DNA of 64,000 nt from Minisyncoccia bacterium (GCA_046293175.1 JBKBPM010000001.1:511847-575846); one strand, 5' to 3'; shown: positions 1 through 10,766, counted from the stretch's first letter. Notes: a model not told the origin generated them from the letters alone. Made by a program: numbers and translations.

Positions 1-4
1 CACG

Positions 5-574
5 TTATCCGAAATGAACTTCAACCAGCTTCAAAAAGTACTGTTCGCGAAAGTCGACGAAGTCCTGCCGCGAACGGATGTTGACTATCACTCGCTCACC
101 AAACCGCAACCTCACCTGACTCTCAATGAGCCAGGATAGGAGGATATTACCGGTCTCAAACGGGTGTATGCACCGGAACAGCGCACCAATACCCCAGGCT
201 ACATCCGCCGGCTCGCTCGCAACAGCTTGAAACGCTCCAGTGAGCACCTGCTCATAGGCGGGATAGAATACCCGATCGAGAAGTTGCTCGACCCGCTCCG
301 GCGATTGATAATCGCGAAATGTGCCACTAATACCCACCAATCTGGTCGCACGAAACTTTCCAGCCCGAGTATCCGTATCGGTAAAAATCACCCGATGACA
401 CGCCCGCATAGGAAACGGGTGTTGCGGATGTAACCAAAATGATCGAGCTACTTCAGTAGCTGCCACCACTTCCTTTGGTCTCAACGGCATCAGCTTTGGT
501 TCCTGCTCTTGGAACTTTCGCATGAATTCGTTGAGTAGGCGCGTGCTTTCAATGGGGGTCGGAATTTTGACCAT
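5..574 (-). CDS. Fic-domain protein with degenerate motif
   Basis: 189-aa ORF with IHPFETGNILLS, against the Fic consensus HPFxxGNGRxxR; AGGGAGG SD upstream. Confidence 0.6.
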   Translation of the reverse strand: MVKIPTPIESTRLLNEFMRKFQEQEPKLMPLRPKEVVAATEVARSFWLHPQHPFPMRACHRVIFTDTDTRAGKFRATRLVGISGTFRDYQSPERVEQLLDRVFYPAYEQVLTGAFQAVASEPADVAWGIGALFRCIHPFETGNILLSWLIESQVRLRFGERVIVNIRSRQDFVDFREQYFLKLVEVHFG

Positions 575-624
575 TTAAGCCTCCCTACTCTGTTATAGTT
601 GCGTCCGCAAAATACTATACGCCG

Positions 625-1716
625 CTATTTCGCAGATGCAAGGTATTCCTCTACCACCCTGGCCACCGCCTCGGGCGTATCTTGTTCCATGAGAAGATGG
701 CGTAATTCGGCCGCTCCATGCCAGCCGCCGACGTAGGCTTTGTAGTGTTTTTTCATGACGGCGAAGTTCTTGAATGGCAGGAGCTCAACAAAGAGCTTTG
801 TGTGTTCAACGAGAACCCGCAGCCGTTCTTCGATACTAATGTACTCGATATCGGCGACACTGGTGTCTGTGGTCATAATAGTGTCGCGGTTCACGCCATG
901 CGTTGGGAGAGCGGTAAGGCGAGTCGGTAAACGACGAGTCGGGTGGAAGAACCACGGATTACCAAACAGTGCACGCCCCACCATCGCGCCATCAAGACCG
1001 TATTCAAGTGCCTTCTGGCGACCGTCTTCGGCGGAGAGAACATCGCCATTGCCGACGACCTTGGTCTCGGGAGCTATTTCGTTGCGCAGCTCTACTACGC
1101 GCCGAAGGCGTTCCCAGCGGGCCGGGACTTTGCTCATCTCCTTGCGCGTACGAGCGTGAACAGTGAGGGCCGCTGGCTTCTCACCGAGGATGACTGGTAT
1201 CCATTCTTCGACCTGATCGGTGTTGTACCCGAGGCGCGTCTTTACTGAGACGGGGATACCGCCGTCGTCGCTCTTGGCGCCCCGCTTCGCCGCCTGTATG
1301 ACCGCGCGTGCAATATCAGGTGTCTTAATCATCGCAGCGCCACAACCTTGGTCGATAATCGCTCCCGCCGGGCAGCCCATATTGATATCAATCCCATCAA
1401 ACCCGAGCTCTAAACAGAGACGTGCCGCATACTCCATATGCTCCGGGTGCCGGGTAAAGAGCTGGGCGATAATTGGCCTTTCTTCTTCACTATAGATAAG
1501 GTCGGCCATGAGCTTCACTTTGCCCTCGGGTGTGGCGCGAACGAGGCCATCAGCCGCCACAAACTCCGTCCAGGTGATATCAGCCCCTCCCTCTGTGCCA
1601 TCAGCGCGAGTATGGTGTGAGTACTTCGCGATCATCTGACGAAAGGCCGCGTCGGTGACGTCGGCCATCGGCGCGATAGCAAGAAATGGTGTTGGGAGTT
1701 GTTGCCAGAAGTTCAT
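625..1716 (-). CDS. dus: tRNA-dihydrouridine synthase
   Basis: APMADVTD, IDINMGCP, SVKTRLG, HARTR and GNGD motifs; start taken at MNFWQQL. Confidence 0.93.
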   Translation of the reverse strand: MNFWQQLPTPFLAIAPMADVTDAAFRQMIAKYSHHTRADGTEGGADITWTEFVAADGLVRATPEGKVKLMADLIYSEEERPIIAQLFTRHPEHMEYAARLCLELGFDGIDINMGCPAGAIIDQGCGAAMIKTPDIARAVIQAAKRGAKSDDGGIPVSVKTRLGYNTDQVEEWIPVILGEKPAALTVHARTRKEMSKVPARWERLRRVVELRNEIAPETKVVGNGDVLSAEDGRQKALEYGLDGAMVGRALFGNPWFFHPTRRLPTRLTALPTHGVNRDTIMTTDTSVADIEYISIEERLRVLVEHTKLFVELLPFKNFAVMKKHYKAYVGGWHGAAELRHLLMEQDTPEAVARVVEEYLASAK

Positions 1717-1761
1717 AGTTGTTGTACTGTACACGATAGTATAAAAAGCTCAAGGTGACCC

Positions 1762-2022
1762 ATGAATACCAGAGATACTGTCTGGCTGGTGGTGCGTAGC
1801 TACGCGTGGTTTGCGGCCTTGTGGGCACTCGCTTCGTTCCAGCTTAAGAATGTCGCACTGGCACTGATTCATGCTCCTGACATCGCATCCCTAGTCCAAC
1901 TCTTGGCAACAACAAAAGGTGTCTTCATGTTGCTTGAAAGCATTGCTGGATACCGCATGCTCAGCCGACCGGAAAACGAACAAGTCGCTTACCTTGAAAT
2001 CATAAAGCAACGAGTATGCTAA
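1762..2022 (+). CDS. small hypothetical membrane protein
   Basis: 86-aa hydrophobic ORF filling the intergenic gap, followed by a hairpin. Confidence 0.5.
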   Translation: MNTRDTVWLVVRSYAWFAALWALASFQLKNVALALIHAPDIASLVQLLATTKGVFMLLESIAGYRMLSRPENEQVAYLEIIKQRVC

Positions 2023-2061
2023 CGCCACCGGAGGGGCCATCTCCCTGGTGGCCTTTTCATT

Positions 2062-3018
2062 TTATGCATCATCAGTACTATCTGCGTCCTCTTCATTGGC
2101 GGGTGCCGTAACTTCACTAACCGGTTCACTACTCGTTGCGGTAGAGGTCGCACGACTACCCGGCGCTTCTTCATTTATAAATACCTTGTTCCCGAAGCGT
2201 AGGTCGATGTATTGAAAGCTACCTGGTTTGATATCCGAAAATTCTTTTGAGGCGAGAATGCTCTTGAGGTTCGAGATAGTTTCCTCCGAAGACATCCGTA
2301 AAGTCGCTTTGATTTCGCCACCGCCCGCCACTCCGAGGAAGACATCACGTACCATATCCGTCTCTACAAAAGCAATGGGAAGACCGAGTTCACCACTAAG
2401 CGCTTCACGCAAGGTTTCAATCGCTCGGAGATCATCGGTCGGAATCATTACGGTTCGCTCTTTGGCGTCGGTGCCAATCGTATGAAAACGTGGGAAGGTG
2501 CCGCCTTCGAGCTGTGGCGCACGAGTAAATGCATAGCCAGTGTCGTCAATAAAGTAACACTCTTCACTGTCCCGCCCCTGACACCAGAGTGCATGCGGAA
2601 TATATTCACTAAAACTGATATTGATAGCCGTGCCACTTACCCGCTCGAGCACCGGATCTTTGACCCGGGGAATAGTGCGCACTTGCTCCAAGATTTCTTC
2701 ATCTGGGTAGGTCCAGGCAAAGCGACGGGGTACGAGCCCAACGTAGTTGCCCTCGAGGAGTCCTTCGACAGTCTTTTTAACGGTCTCGTGGTTGATGGTC
2801 TCGCCACCTTCAACGGTCACGGTAGTGATAGTCAAAAATGAGACACGAGTGCCGTACCATACCGCCGTCACCAATAGAGCAATAATAACCAAAATACTCA
2901 GGCCGATGATCACCTGCCGCAGAATCGCGCGCGTACGCGGATCCCACTGGCGACGCTGCTTCTTCGCCTTCAGTGGGGCGGCAAATTTCTTTTTGACCGG
3001 AGACTTCTGTTTGAACAT
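2062..3018 (-). CDS. ftsQ: FtsQ/DivIB-like cell division protein
   Basis: Basic N-terminus, single TM helix, POTRA-like region, C-terminal YIDLRFGNKVF. Confidence 0.8.
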   Translation of the reverse strand: MFKQKSPVKKKFAAPLKAKKQRRQWDPRTRAILRQVIIGLSILVIIALLVTAVWYGTRVSFLTITTVTVEGGETINHETVKKTVEGLLEGNYVGLVPRRFAWTYPDEEILEQVRTIPRVKDPVLERVSGTAINISFSEYIPHALWCQGRDSEECYFIDDTGYAFTRAPQLEGGTFPRFHTIGTDAKERTVMIPTDDLRAIETLREALSGELGLPIAFVETDMVRDVFLGVAGGGEIKATLRMSSEETISNLKSILASKEFSDIKPGSFQYIDLRFGNKVFINEEAPGSRATSTATSSEPVSEVTAPANEEDADSTDDA

Positions 3019-3049
3019 GGTACCCAGTGTAGCATATCAAAAAATAGAC

Positions 3050-3086
3050 AAACCGCTGTCGGGAGCAACGCTCCCGACAGCGGTTT
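3050..3086. terminator. intrinsic terminator hairpin downstream of serS
   Basis: AAACCGCTGTCGGGAGC-aac-GCTCCCGACAGCGGTTT perfect stem. Confidence 0.7.
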
Positions 3087-3093
3087 GATTGTC

Positions 3094-3120
3094 TAAGTAA
3101 GGGGTCTGACCCCTTACTTA
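3094..3120. repeat. REP-like palindrome
   Basis: TAAGTAAGGGGTC-T-GACCCCTTACTTA immediately after the serS stop. Confidence 0.5.
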
Positions 3121-3123
3121 CAT

Positions 3124-4386
3124 TTATCCGATCTTGGCCTTACCGAAGTAAGGTATCAGTACATCCGGAATCTTAATCGATCCATCAGCCTGCTGGAGAT
3201 TCTCGACCAGCGAGACGAGGATGCGAGGTGCTGCCACTGCGGTGTTATTGAGTGAATGAGCGTAGCGTACGGTGCCGTCAGTGTCCTTGTAACGAATATT
3301 GAACCGGCGAGTCTGGAAGTCATGGAAGTATGAAGCGGAGTGAGTCTCACGATACTTCTCTTCTTTTGGTACCCAGGCTTCGATGTCATACTTCTTGACC
3401 TGACCCTGACCGATGTCGGCACCACAGTTGAGGACCACGTGGTATGGGATACCGAGCGACTGCATAAAGTCTTCGGTATTCTTCGTGATTTCTTCGTGCC
3501 ACTTTACACTCTCTTCATGTGAGGCTTCACAGAGAACGATCTGCTCTACTTTGTAAAACTCATGCACGCGGATAAGACCCTTCACGTCTTTACTGTGACT
3601 GCCGGCTTCACGACGGTAACAGGGTGAAAAGGCGAGGAACTTTACTGGGAGCTCACTCTTATCAAGGACCTCATCACTATAAAAGCCCATACCAGAAACT
3701 TCACTGGTACCAATGAGGTAGTCATCGTCTTGGGTACGGAAGACATCGTCAGCGTCGTTCGGGAGATGTCCGGTACCGTAGAGGTTTTGCTTACGGACGA
3801 TGGTTGGCGGCAACATCTGCACGAAGTCGCGTGCCCCAAAGAAATCGTTCGCGTAATTCCATATCGCCCACATTAACCGTGCGCCATCGCCGAGCATGTA
3901 GTAGCCGCGGAAGCCGTGCACTTTAGCACCACGTTCAAAATCAACCATCTTGTGGGCAAGCATGAGCTCGATATGGTCTTTGGCCGGAAACGGAAACTTG
4001 GTTTGCTCACCCCAAGCACGCACCTCGACATTGTCGGCATCACTCTCGCCGTCTGGAACCGTCATATCGGGAATATTCGGCACCTGGAGCATCAAGGCCT
4101 TCCATTCTTCAAGGACAGGCTTTAGCTGCTCTTCTTCGGCCTGTACGGCTGCCTTCACGCTCTGCATGGCGGTGATGAGTGGTTCACGGACGCTCGCATC
4201 ACTCGCTTTGGCAATTTCATCGGACACGCGATTTTGCTCGGCTTTTTTACTCTCGATACTCGACATGAGAGAGCGGCGAGTATCATCAAGCGTCACCAGG
4301 CGATCAAGATCCACCTTGATTTTCTTTTTGACTGCCGCTGCCTTCACAATATCGAGGTTTTCGCGAATAAATTTGATGTCGAGCAT
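3124..4386 (-). CDS. serS: serine--tRNA ligase
   Basis: MLDIKFIREN N-terminus, GTSE, YRREAG, RVHEF.KVEQ, HSLNNT motifs. Confidence 0.97.
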   Translation of the reverse strand: MLDIKFIRENLDIVKAAAVKKKIKVDLDRLVTLDDTRRSLMSSIESKKAEQNRVSDEIAKASDASVREPLITAMQSVKAAVQAEEEQLKPVLEEWKALMLQVPNIPDMTVPDGESDADNVEVRAWGEQTKFPFPAKDHIELMLAHKMVDFERGAKVHGFRGYYMLGDGARLMWAIWNYANDFFGARDFVQMLPPTIVRKQNLYGTGHLPNDADDVFRTQDDDYLIGTSEVSGMGFYSDEVLDKSELPVKFLAFSPCYRREAGSHSKDVKGLIRVHEFYKVEQIVLCEASHEESVKWHEEITKNTEDFMQSLGIPYHVVLNCGADIGQGQVKKYDIEAWVPKEEKYRETHSASYFHDFQTRRFNIRYKDTDGTVRYAHSLNNTAVAAPRILVSLVENLQQADGSIKIPDVLIPYFGKAKIG

Positions 4387-4479
4387 ACCTTAATTTCTAC
4401 AATAATAACGTTAAAAGTATACACGAGTTTGCAAATAGATAAAGAAAAGTGTACGCTCGTTCTCAGAAAGGAGTCGTCC

Positions 4480-4980
4480 ATGAACGTATTGCTTTACGAC
4501 TCATCGCGACTGCCTCCGGCAGTACAACCGTACGCTGACGGTATGAATACTCCGGCACCTACCTATCCAGATTACCCGAAGGAAGTCGTCCATCTCGCCA
4601 AGCAGCTACGACGAATTGCCTTGCGCAAGTTCACGAATGAACACCCCGGACTGCAATGGGGCAAGTTCCCTGACTACCACGACATCATGGGTCAGGAAAT
4701 CCAACTGTTCGGTAATCAAATCCTCGAAAAGGCTGTTAATGTCGAAGATGACAAGGCGTGGGGTCGACTCTGCGCTCGCTGTCCGCGAGTCGCCTACCTC
4801 ACCGAGAAGTTCGAGGGCGGGATCACGATCACGACGCGTCAACAAGCCAAAGCGCAACGTCAGCGCATTTGGAAGTACGCCATGGCGGATCCACGAACAC
4901 TTGGCGAGATTGAGGAGTACGTCATCGGACAAGTTCGCTTCGGTATTCCGACGCGGTCAAACCACCCACCTTGTGAGTAG
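4480..4980 (+). CDS. hypothetical protein
   Basis: 166-aa ORF from an ATG preceded by AAGGAG; hairpin downstream. Confidence 0.6.
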   Translation: MNVLLYDSSRLPPAVQPYADGMNTPAPTYPDYPKEVVHLAKQLRRIALRKFTNEHPGLQWGKFPDYHDIMGQEIQLFGNQILEKAVNVEDDKAWGRLCARCPRVAYLTEKFEGGITITTRQQAKAQRQRIWKYAMADPRTLGEIEEYVIGQVRFGIPTRSNHPPCE

Positions 4981-5028
4981 CGGCGGACCAGTCTCTGGTC
5001 TGCCGCGTTTTTATGCTACAATTTTTTT

Positions 5029-5910
5029 ATGGGTACCTTGCCACTACGGCAGTTACTACGGGAAGAATTCCCGGCTCTTTTGGCGGAAATCCCCCAACCA
5101 CCGAAGTCTCTCTGGGCAGTCGGCAATCTCCCTCCCCCTGATCTCACTCTCCTTGCGGTTGTTGGCTCTCGAAGTCACACCACCTACGGAAAACAGGCGG
5201 TCGAACAACTGATTGGTGGTCTTGCGGGCTACCCCGTTGGTATCGTCTCCGGTCTCGCCTTAGGGATTGATGCACTCGCGCACGAGACGGCACTGCAGGC
5301 CGGTCTCTACACGCTTGCTGTCCCGGGCAGTGGCCTCGGTGAGCAAGTCATCTACCCGGCGACCAATCGTCGCTTGGCGCAGCGCATTGTTGAAGCTGGT
5401 GGTGGACTGTTATCCGAACTCTCACCCGATACGCGCGCGGCACTGTGGACCTTTCCGCAGCGGAACCGCATCATGGCCGGGATGTGTCGGGTGACACTCC
5501 TCATCGAAGCCGGTGAGAAGTCAGGTACCCTCATCACCGCACGCATGGCCGTGGACTACAATCGCGAACTTCTCGTAGTACCCGGGAGTATCTTCTCCCC
5601 GACCTCACGTGGCTGCCACCAATTCCTCAAGCTCGGGGCCACACCCGTAACCTCGGCCGCAGACATCCTCGAAGCACTCAACATTGCACAAATTGAGGCG
5701 GAATCGAAAATTGCGAACGAGAGCAATCTCTCACCCGAAGCCATACTCGTCCTCAGCCATCTCCCTGAACCAACCGACCGCGATACCCTCATCTCCCGTC
5801 TCGGTCTCCCGACTGCTGCCGCCAATATTGTCCTCATGCAGGTTGAGCTCGAGGGACACATCGTGACAGAAGGTGGTGTCTATACAGCAATCACGCATTT
5901 TGTACGATAG
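5029..5910 (+). CDS. dprA: DNA-processing protein DprA
   Basis: AVVGSR, VSGLALGID, FPQRNRI, EAGEKSGTLITA motifs; upstream of topA. Confidence 0.95.
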   Translation: MGTLPLRQLLREEFPALLAEIPQPPKSLWAVGNLPPPDLTLLAVVGSRSHTTYGKQAVEQLIGGLAGYPVGIVSGLALGIDALAHETALQAGLYTLAVPGSGLGEQVIYPATNRRLAQRIVEAGGGLLSELSPDTRAALWTFPQRNRIMAGMCRVTLLIEAGEKSGTLITARMAVDYNRELLVVPGSIFSPTSRGCHQFLKLGATPVTSAADILEALNIAQIEAESKIANESNLSPEAILVLSHLPEPTDRDTLISRLGLPTAAANIVLMQVELEGHIVTEGGVYTAITHFVR

Positions 5911-6123
5911 TAGTGAAAACTTACTATCCCCAAGTAGGTTTATCCGCATAGAGTGCTGTAAAAATGTTCGCAGACAAGGAACGCGAGTAAGGCAATGCGA
6001 GCCGTATTGATAATACGGTGAGTATTGAGGAGCGAGCAGTGACGCTGTATCCGGACATTTTGGCTGTGTTCTATTGTTTGACAGAAAGTAGTAAACCTAG
6101 TATTTGTTACGGCACACACATAT

Positions 6124-8472
6124 ATGAGTACCCTCGTCATCGTAGAGTCACCAGCCAAAGCCAAAACCATTGAAAAGTACCTTGGCAAAGGCTATACCGT
6201 CATGTCCTCCATTGGGCACGTGCGGGATTTGCCAAAGACAAACAAAGACGCCGTTGATATTGAGGCGGGTTTTGTGCCGCGCTACATCATTTCGCCCGGT
6301 AAAGAAAAGGTTATTGCCGACCTCCAAAAAGCGGCCAAAAGTGCCGATCTCGTTCTCCTCGCGTCCGACCCGGACCGCGAAGGAGAAGCTATTGCTTGGC
6401 ACATAGCCGAACTCATTAAAGGAGCAAACAAAAATCTTAAACGTGTCGTCTTTCACGAAATTACCGAAGACGCCGTGAAAGAAGCTATCACGCATCCTCG
6501 CGCCATTGATGAAAATCTCAAGGAAGCGCAAGAAGCCCGTCGTGTACTTGATCGTCTCGTTGGTTACGACCTCTCAGGGCTTATTTGGAAAAAAGTGCGT
6601 TACGGTCTTTCGGCTGGTCGTGTGCAATCACCGGCCTTGCGTATCATCATGGAGCGTGAGCGCGAAATCAGAGCCTTTGTACCTGAAGATTTCTTTGTAC
6701 TCACAACCACAGCCAAAGCGGGCAATACGGTGTTGCCACTCACCTGTACTATCGAGCCAAGCGAAAAAGCTGAAGCCGATCGTATCAAAAAAGTCGGTGA
6801 AAAAGGTACCTGGGTCGTAACCGACCTCAAAGAAACCGAGGCGCGTCGCGCACCTCGTGCACCGTTTACCACCTCAACCATCCAGCAAGCCGCTTCAACC
6901 CGACTTGGATTTTCGCCATCTCGCACTATGGGAGCGGCACAAAAACTCTACGAAGCGGGACACATTACTTACATGCGTACGGACAGTACAACCTTGAGTG
7001 TGGTAGCGCAAAAGCAAATCATCGCCCACATTAGTGCCGAGTACGGCAAAGACTACCTCGCACCACGTCAGTACAAGACCAAGAGTAAGTCAGCCCAAGA
7101 AGCCCACGAAGCAATTCGTCCGACAAATATTGCCGTGAAGAGCGCTGGTCTTACTCAAGACCAAAAGGCACTCTACGAACTCATCTGGCGGCGGACCGTG
7201 AGTTCACAAATGAGTGATGCGCTATTTGCCCGCACAAAGGTTGTCGCAAACATTGCCGGTAAAGAGACGATTCCAGACTTCGCTGTCACCGGTGCTCGCA
7301 TCACCTTTGATGGTTGGCTTAAGGTGGACACCGCCTCACGTGGTGAAGATGTCGAAGTCCCAAAACTAGGTATCGGCACCGAGCTAACGGTAAAAGAAAT
7401 CGCTGTTGAAGCCAAACAAACCCAACCGCCCAACCGCTACACGGAAGCTGGTCTCATTAAGGAACTTGAAAAGCGTGGTATTGGCCGGCCATCAACCTAT
7501 GCCAGTATCATGAACACTATCACCGAACGTGGGTATGTCACCAAAGAAGGTCGTACGCTTATTCCGACCGATACGGGAGATGTGGTTTCAACGTTTCTTG
7601 AGCAGTACTTTGGTGAGTATATTAGTGATACCTTCACGAGTGAGATGGAGGACGAACTTGATGAAATCGCCGAAGGCAAGCGCACTTACGAAAAGACGCT
7701 TAAGGATTTCTATACCCAGTTTAGCAAAGACGTGGCCGCTAAAGAAGATATCCCAAAGCTCACGAATCTCGGCGCTGGTCCAAAACAATTCCCTTGCCCT
7801 ACCTGCGGTGCTGGCATGGTAATAAAGCTCGGCCGTTCGGGAACCTTCCTCTCGTGCGAACGCTACCCAGACTGTGAAGGCGCTCGCCTCATAGATGGCA
7901 ATGAACTGAAGGCCGAAGCGCCAATTGGCAAGCACCCCGAGACTGGAGAGGATATCTATGTACTTAATGGTAAATACGGACCGTATGTCCAGCTTGGTGC
8001 CACCCCAGAAAAGGTAAAGGGCAAAAAAACGGTGACACCAAAGCGCGCGAGTCTCCCGGCTGGTGTGAAGATGGAAGATGTGACGCTCGAGATGGCAACC
8101 AAGTATCTCATCTTACCCCGCGAACTCGGCACCCATCCTGACACCGGGGAACCTGTGATAGCCAACACTGGACAGTATGGTCCGTACATTGCCCACGCAG
8201 GTGATTTCCGTTCCCTTAAGGGTAACGATGATCCGTACACCATTACCTTCAAGCGCGCACTTGAGATATTGAAAGAACCAAAGCCGGGCCGCAAGGGCGA
8301 AACCATCCTCAAACAAATTGGCATCCATCCTCGCACTCGCAAACTCATCAACCTCTACGAATCAAAATCAGGACGCTACTTTCGCAAGGGTTTCAAACGT
8401 ATCAGTATTCCAGACAACATGAAGACGGAGGATATCACCCTTGAGGTGGCTCTTGAGTTACTAAAGCAATAG
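6124..8472 (+). CDS. topA: DNA topoisomerase I
   Basis: LVIVESPAKAKTI, DPDREGE, SAGRVQ, ITYMRTD; zinc ribbon and C-terminal repeats. Confidence 0.97.
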   Translation: MSTLVIVESPAKAKTIEKYLGKGYTVMSSIGHVRDLPKTNKDAVDIEAGFVPRYIISPGKEKVIADLQKAAKSADLVLLASDPDREGEAIAWHIAELIKGANKNLKRVVFHEITEDAVKEAITHPRAIDENLKEAQEARRVLDRLVGYDLSGLIWKKVRYGLSAGRVQSPALRIIMEREREIRAFVPEDFFVLTTTAKAGNTVLPLTCTIEPSEKAEADRIKKVGEKGTWVVTDLKETEARRAPRAPFTTSTIQQAASTRLGFSPSRTMGAAQKLYEAGHITYMRTDSTTLSVVAQKQIIAHISAEYGKDYLAPRQYKTKSKSAQEAHEAIRPTNIAVKSAGLTQDQKALYELIWRRTVSSQMSDALFARTKVVANIAGKETIPDFAVTGARITFDGWLKVDTASRGEDVEVPKLGIGTELTVKEIAVEAKQTQPPNRYTEAGLIKELEKRGIGRPSTYASIMNTITERGYVTKEGRTLIPTDTGDVVSTFLEQYFGEYISDTFTSEMEDELDEIAEGKRTYEKTLKDFYTQFSKDVAAKEDIPKLTNLGAGPKQFPCPTCGAGMVIKLGRSGTFLSCERYPDCEGARLIDGNELKAEAPIGKHPETGEDIYVLNGKYGPYVQLGATPEKVKGKKTVTPKRASLPAGVKMEDVTLEMATKYLILPRELGTHPDTGEPVIANTGQYGPYIAHAGDFRSLKGNDDPYTITFKRALEILKEPKPGRKGETILKQIGIHPRTRKLINLYESKSGRYFRKGFKRISIPDNMKTEDITLEVALELLKQ

Positions 8473-8721
8473 TTCAAGGCAAGACCTCGAACTAAATCAT
8501 CAAGCACGAGGTCTCGCCTCGTGCTTTGATATTACCGATACATTTCAACATTCTTACAAAAATCGCTGTTCGAAATCTTGCTTTGAACTTGAATTTCTAA
8601 TATAAAAAGGTGCTATTTGAAGCACCTGAGATTATTGCGCTTATTGCGCTGTTATTTTGCAATAATTAAAGAGCTAGTTGAAGGTGAGCGAGTCCGCCCA
8701 CCTTCGCGACCTGGTCTAGGC

Positions 8722-8925
8722 TCAGCTCCTCAGCGGTTCTTGGTAGACAGTTCCGCAAGTTCCGATCCGTCCAACCACCTGGACACCGGCCGGCATCTTT
8801 GCAATGGGGTACCCGCTCGGCGAGATGGTGGCCGGGGAAATGCCGTGCCACTTTTCAGCATCCGAAAGCTTGGCCGTCGGAAGGGGTCCTTGGGTGACCA
8901 TCGTATACTTTTTGGTTTTCATCAT
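8722..8925 (-). CDS. small hypothetical protein
   Basis: 67-aa ORF with ATAAGGA SD and a downstream hairpin. Confidence 0.35.
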   Translation of the reverse strand: MMKTKKYTMVTQGPLPTAKLSDAEKWHGISPATISPSGYPIAKMPAGVQVVGRIGTCGTVYQEPLRS

Positions 8926-9070
8926 CTGTCCTTATTTCCGTATTTCACGCGGGTGATGTTTTTACTTGCAGACCAGCAAGCTTCGGTTTACACGTTGTCC
9001 CAAACGTGTAAGTAAAATTGAACCACAAAGACGAGCACAATGCAAGAAATCCATATCTACAGTCCCAAGG

Positions 9071-9183
9071 GTTTACACCGTAAGAAATCTCTCATTTGCT
9101 CAGTTGGTTACAACCAGCGAAGCGAAGTAATAAAATGCGCAGATGTTAGCGTATCACTGTAGGAGATTTCTAACGGGGTGAAC
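9071..9183. mobile_element. MITE-like element with ~21-bp imperfect terminal inverted repeats
   Basis: GTTTACACCGTAAGAAATCTC ... GAGATTTCTAACGGGGTGAAC. Confidence 0.6.
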
Positions 9184-9218
9184 TTGCTATTCCTACCACT
9201 CTTCCCTACAATGACTTT

Positions 9219-10766
9219 ATGCGTACTGCAAGCGACATCATCGGCAAAATGCCGAAACTAACGAGAGCAAACGAAGAGCTCATCACCAAAGCGTATGAGT
9301 ATGCTGCCAAAATGCACGCCACCCAGACCCGCTACTCGGGCGAACCATACATGACCCACCTCGCTGAAGTGGCGTACAAAATCGCTGATATGGGACTTGG
9401 ACCCCGCACGGTCGCTGCTGCCCTCCTCCACGACAGTATCGAAGACACCGAAGCCACACCTGAAGAGATCAAAGAAATCTTTGGTGAAGAAATCCTCTAT
9501 CTCGTTGAAGGAGTAACAAAGCTCTCTTCTGTCCGTTACTATGGGAAAGATCGCCACAATGAGTCACTCCGGAAGCTTTTTGTGGCAACAAGTCAGGATA
9601 TTCGAGTACTCATCATTAAGCTCAATGACCGCCTCCACAATATGGAGACACTTGGCCATGTACCCGCCGAAAAGCAACTTCGTATCGCCCGCGAGACCCT
9701 TGAGATCTATGTACCAGTCGCTCACCGTCTGGGAATGGGTAAGCTTCGCAAGGAGCTCGAGGACCTCGCTTTCTTCTATGTGTACCCAGAGGACTATAAG
9801 CGCGTGAAGCAACTCCTTGAGCAACGCGCCGGTAAGAGTAGTGAAATTCTCGAACGCGAACGTAAGTCGCTCCAAAAGCGCCTCGCTGAGGCAAAACTGC
9901 TTGATTTTAATACGTCATACCGCGTGAAAGGACTTTATAGCCTGTATCACAAATTGATGCGCAAAGACTGGGACATTAATGCCGTGTATGACCTCATGGC
10001 GATGCGAGTTGTTGTCCCAACACTCGAGGACTGCTATCGTACACTTGGTATCATTCACGACCTCTGGCGACCACTCCCTGGTCGTATGAAGGACTATATC
10101 GCCTTTCCAAAGCCAAACGGTTACCAATCAATTCATACGACCGTCACCTCAAATCATGGCACGATTATGGAAATCCAGATTCGGACCCGCCAGATGCACC
10201 AAGAAGCCGAGTTCGGTGTGGCGTCGCACCTTATCTATAAAGAGCAGGTGGCACCGAAAGCGAGCAGTACCGCCACCGGTGGCCGCTTTGCAAACCTTAT
10301 CCCATCACTCTTCCGGCCATTTTCACGACGTTCCATCCCTGAAGAAGTAGTGGATGTCAAAATCCCAGACCACAAAGAAAAAATTCCGCAGTGGATTAGT
10401 CAGATTGGCGACATGTACACCAAAGACGAAATGAGTAGCCAGTTTATGACTGACATGCGTCAAGACTTCTTCATGAACCGCATCTTTGTCTTTACCCCAA
10501 ATGGAGACGTGGTTGACCTCCCCCTTGGTGCCACCCCAATTGATTTTGCCTACGCTATCCACTCCGAAATCGGTAACCATATTTCAGGCGCCCGAGTAAA
10601 CCGCAAGTTTGTACAACTCGAAACCGAACTCAAAAACGGTGACATTGTCGAAATTGAAACCAAAGAATCAGCCAAGCCATCAAAGAAGTGGCTTGATATT
10701 GCCAAGACCTCACTCGCCCGTCGTCATATCCGCAGCGAGCTTGGCCTACCGGCGGTTGGAAAATAA
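9219..10766 (+). CDS. spoT: RelA/SpoT family (p)ppGpp synthetase/hydrolase (HD-SYNTH-TGS)
   Basis: RYSGEPY..H, LLHD, DRLHNM, KPNGYQSIHT, EIQIRT, TPIDFAYAIH motifs; no ACT domain. Confidence 0.93.
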   Translation: MRTASDIIGKMPKLTRANEELITKAYEYAAKMHATQTRYSGEPYMTHLAEVAYKIADMGLGPRTVAAALLHDSIEDTEATPEEIKEIFGEEILYLVEGVTKLSSVRYYGKDRHNESLRKLFVATSQDIRVLIIKLNDRLHNMETLGHVPAEKQLRIARETLEIYVPVAHRLGMGKLRKELEDLAFFYVYPEDYKRVKQLLEQRAGKSSEILERERKSLQKRLAEAKLLDFNTSYRVKGLYSLYHKLMRKDWDINAVYDLMAMRVVVPTLEDCYRTLGIIHDLWRPLPGRMKDYIAFPKPNGYQSIHTTVTSNHGTIMEIQIRTRQMHQEAEFGVASHLIYKEQVAPKASSTATGGRFANLIPSLFRPFSRRSIPEEVVDVKIPDHKEKIPQWISQIGDMYTKDEMSSQFMTDMRQDFFMNRIFVFTPNGDVVDLPLGATPIDFAYAIHSEIGNHISGARVNRKFVQLETELKNGDIVEIETKESAKPSKKWLDIAKTSLARRHIRSELGLPAVGK

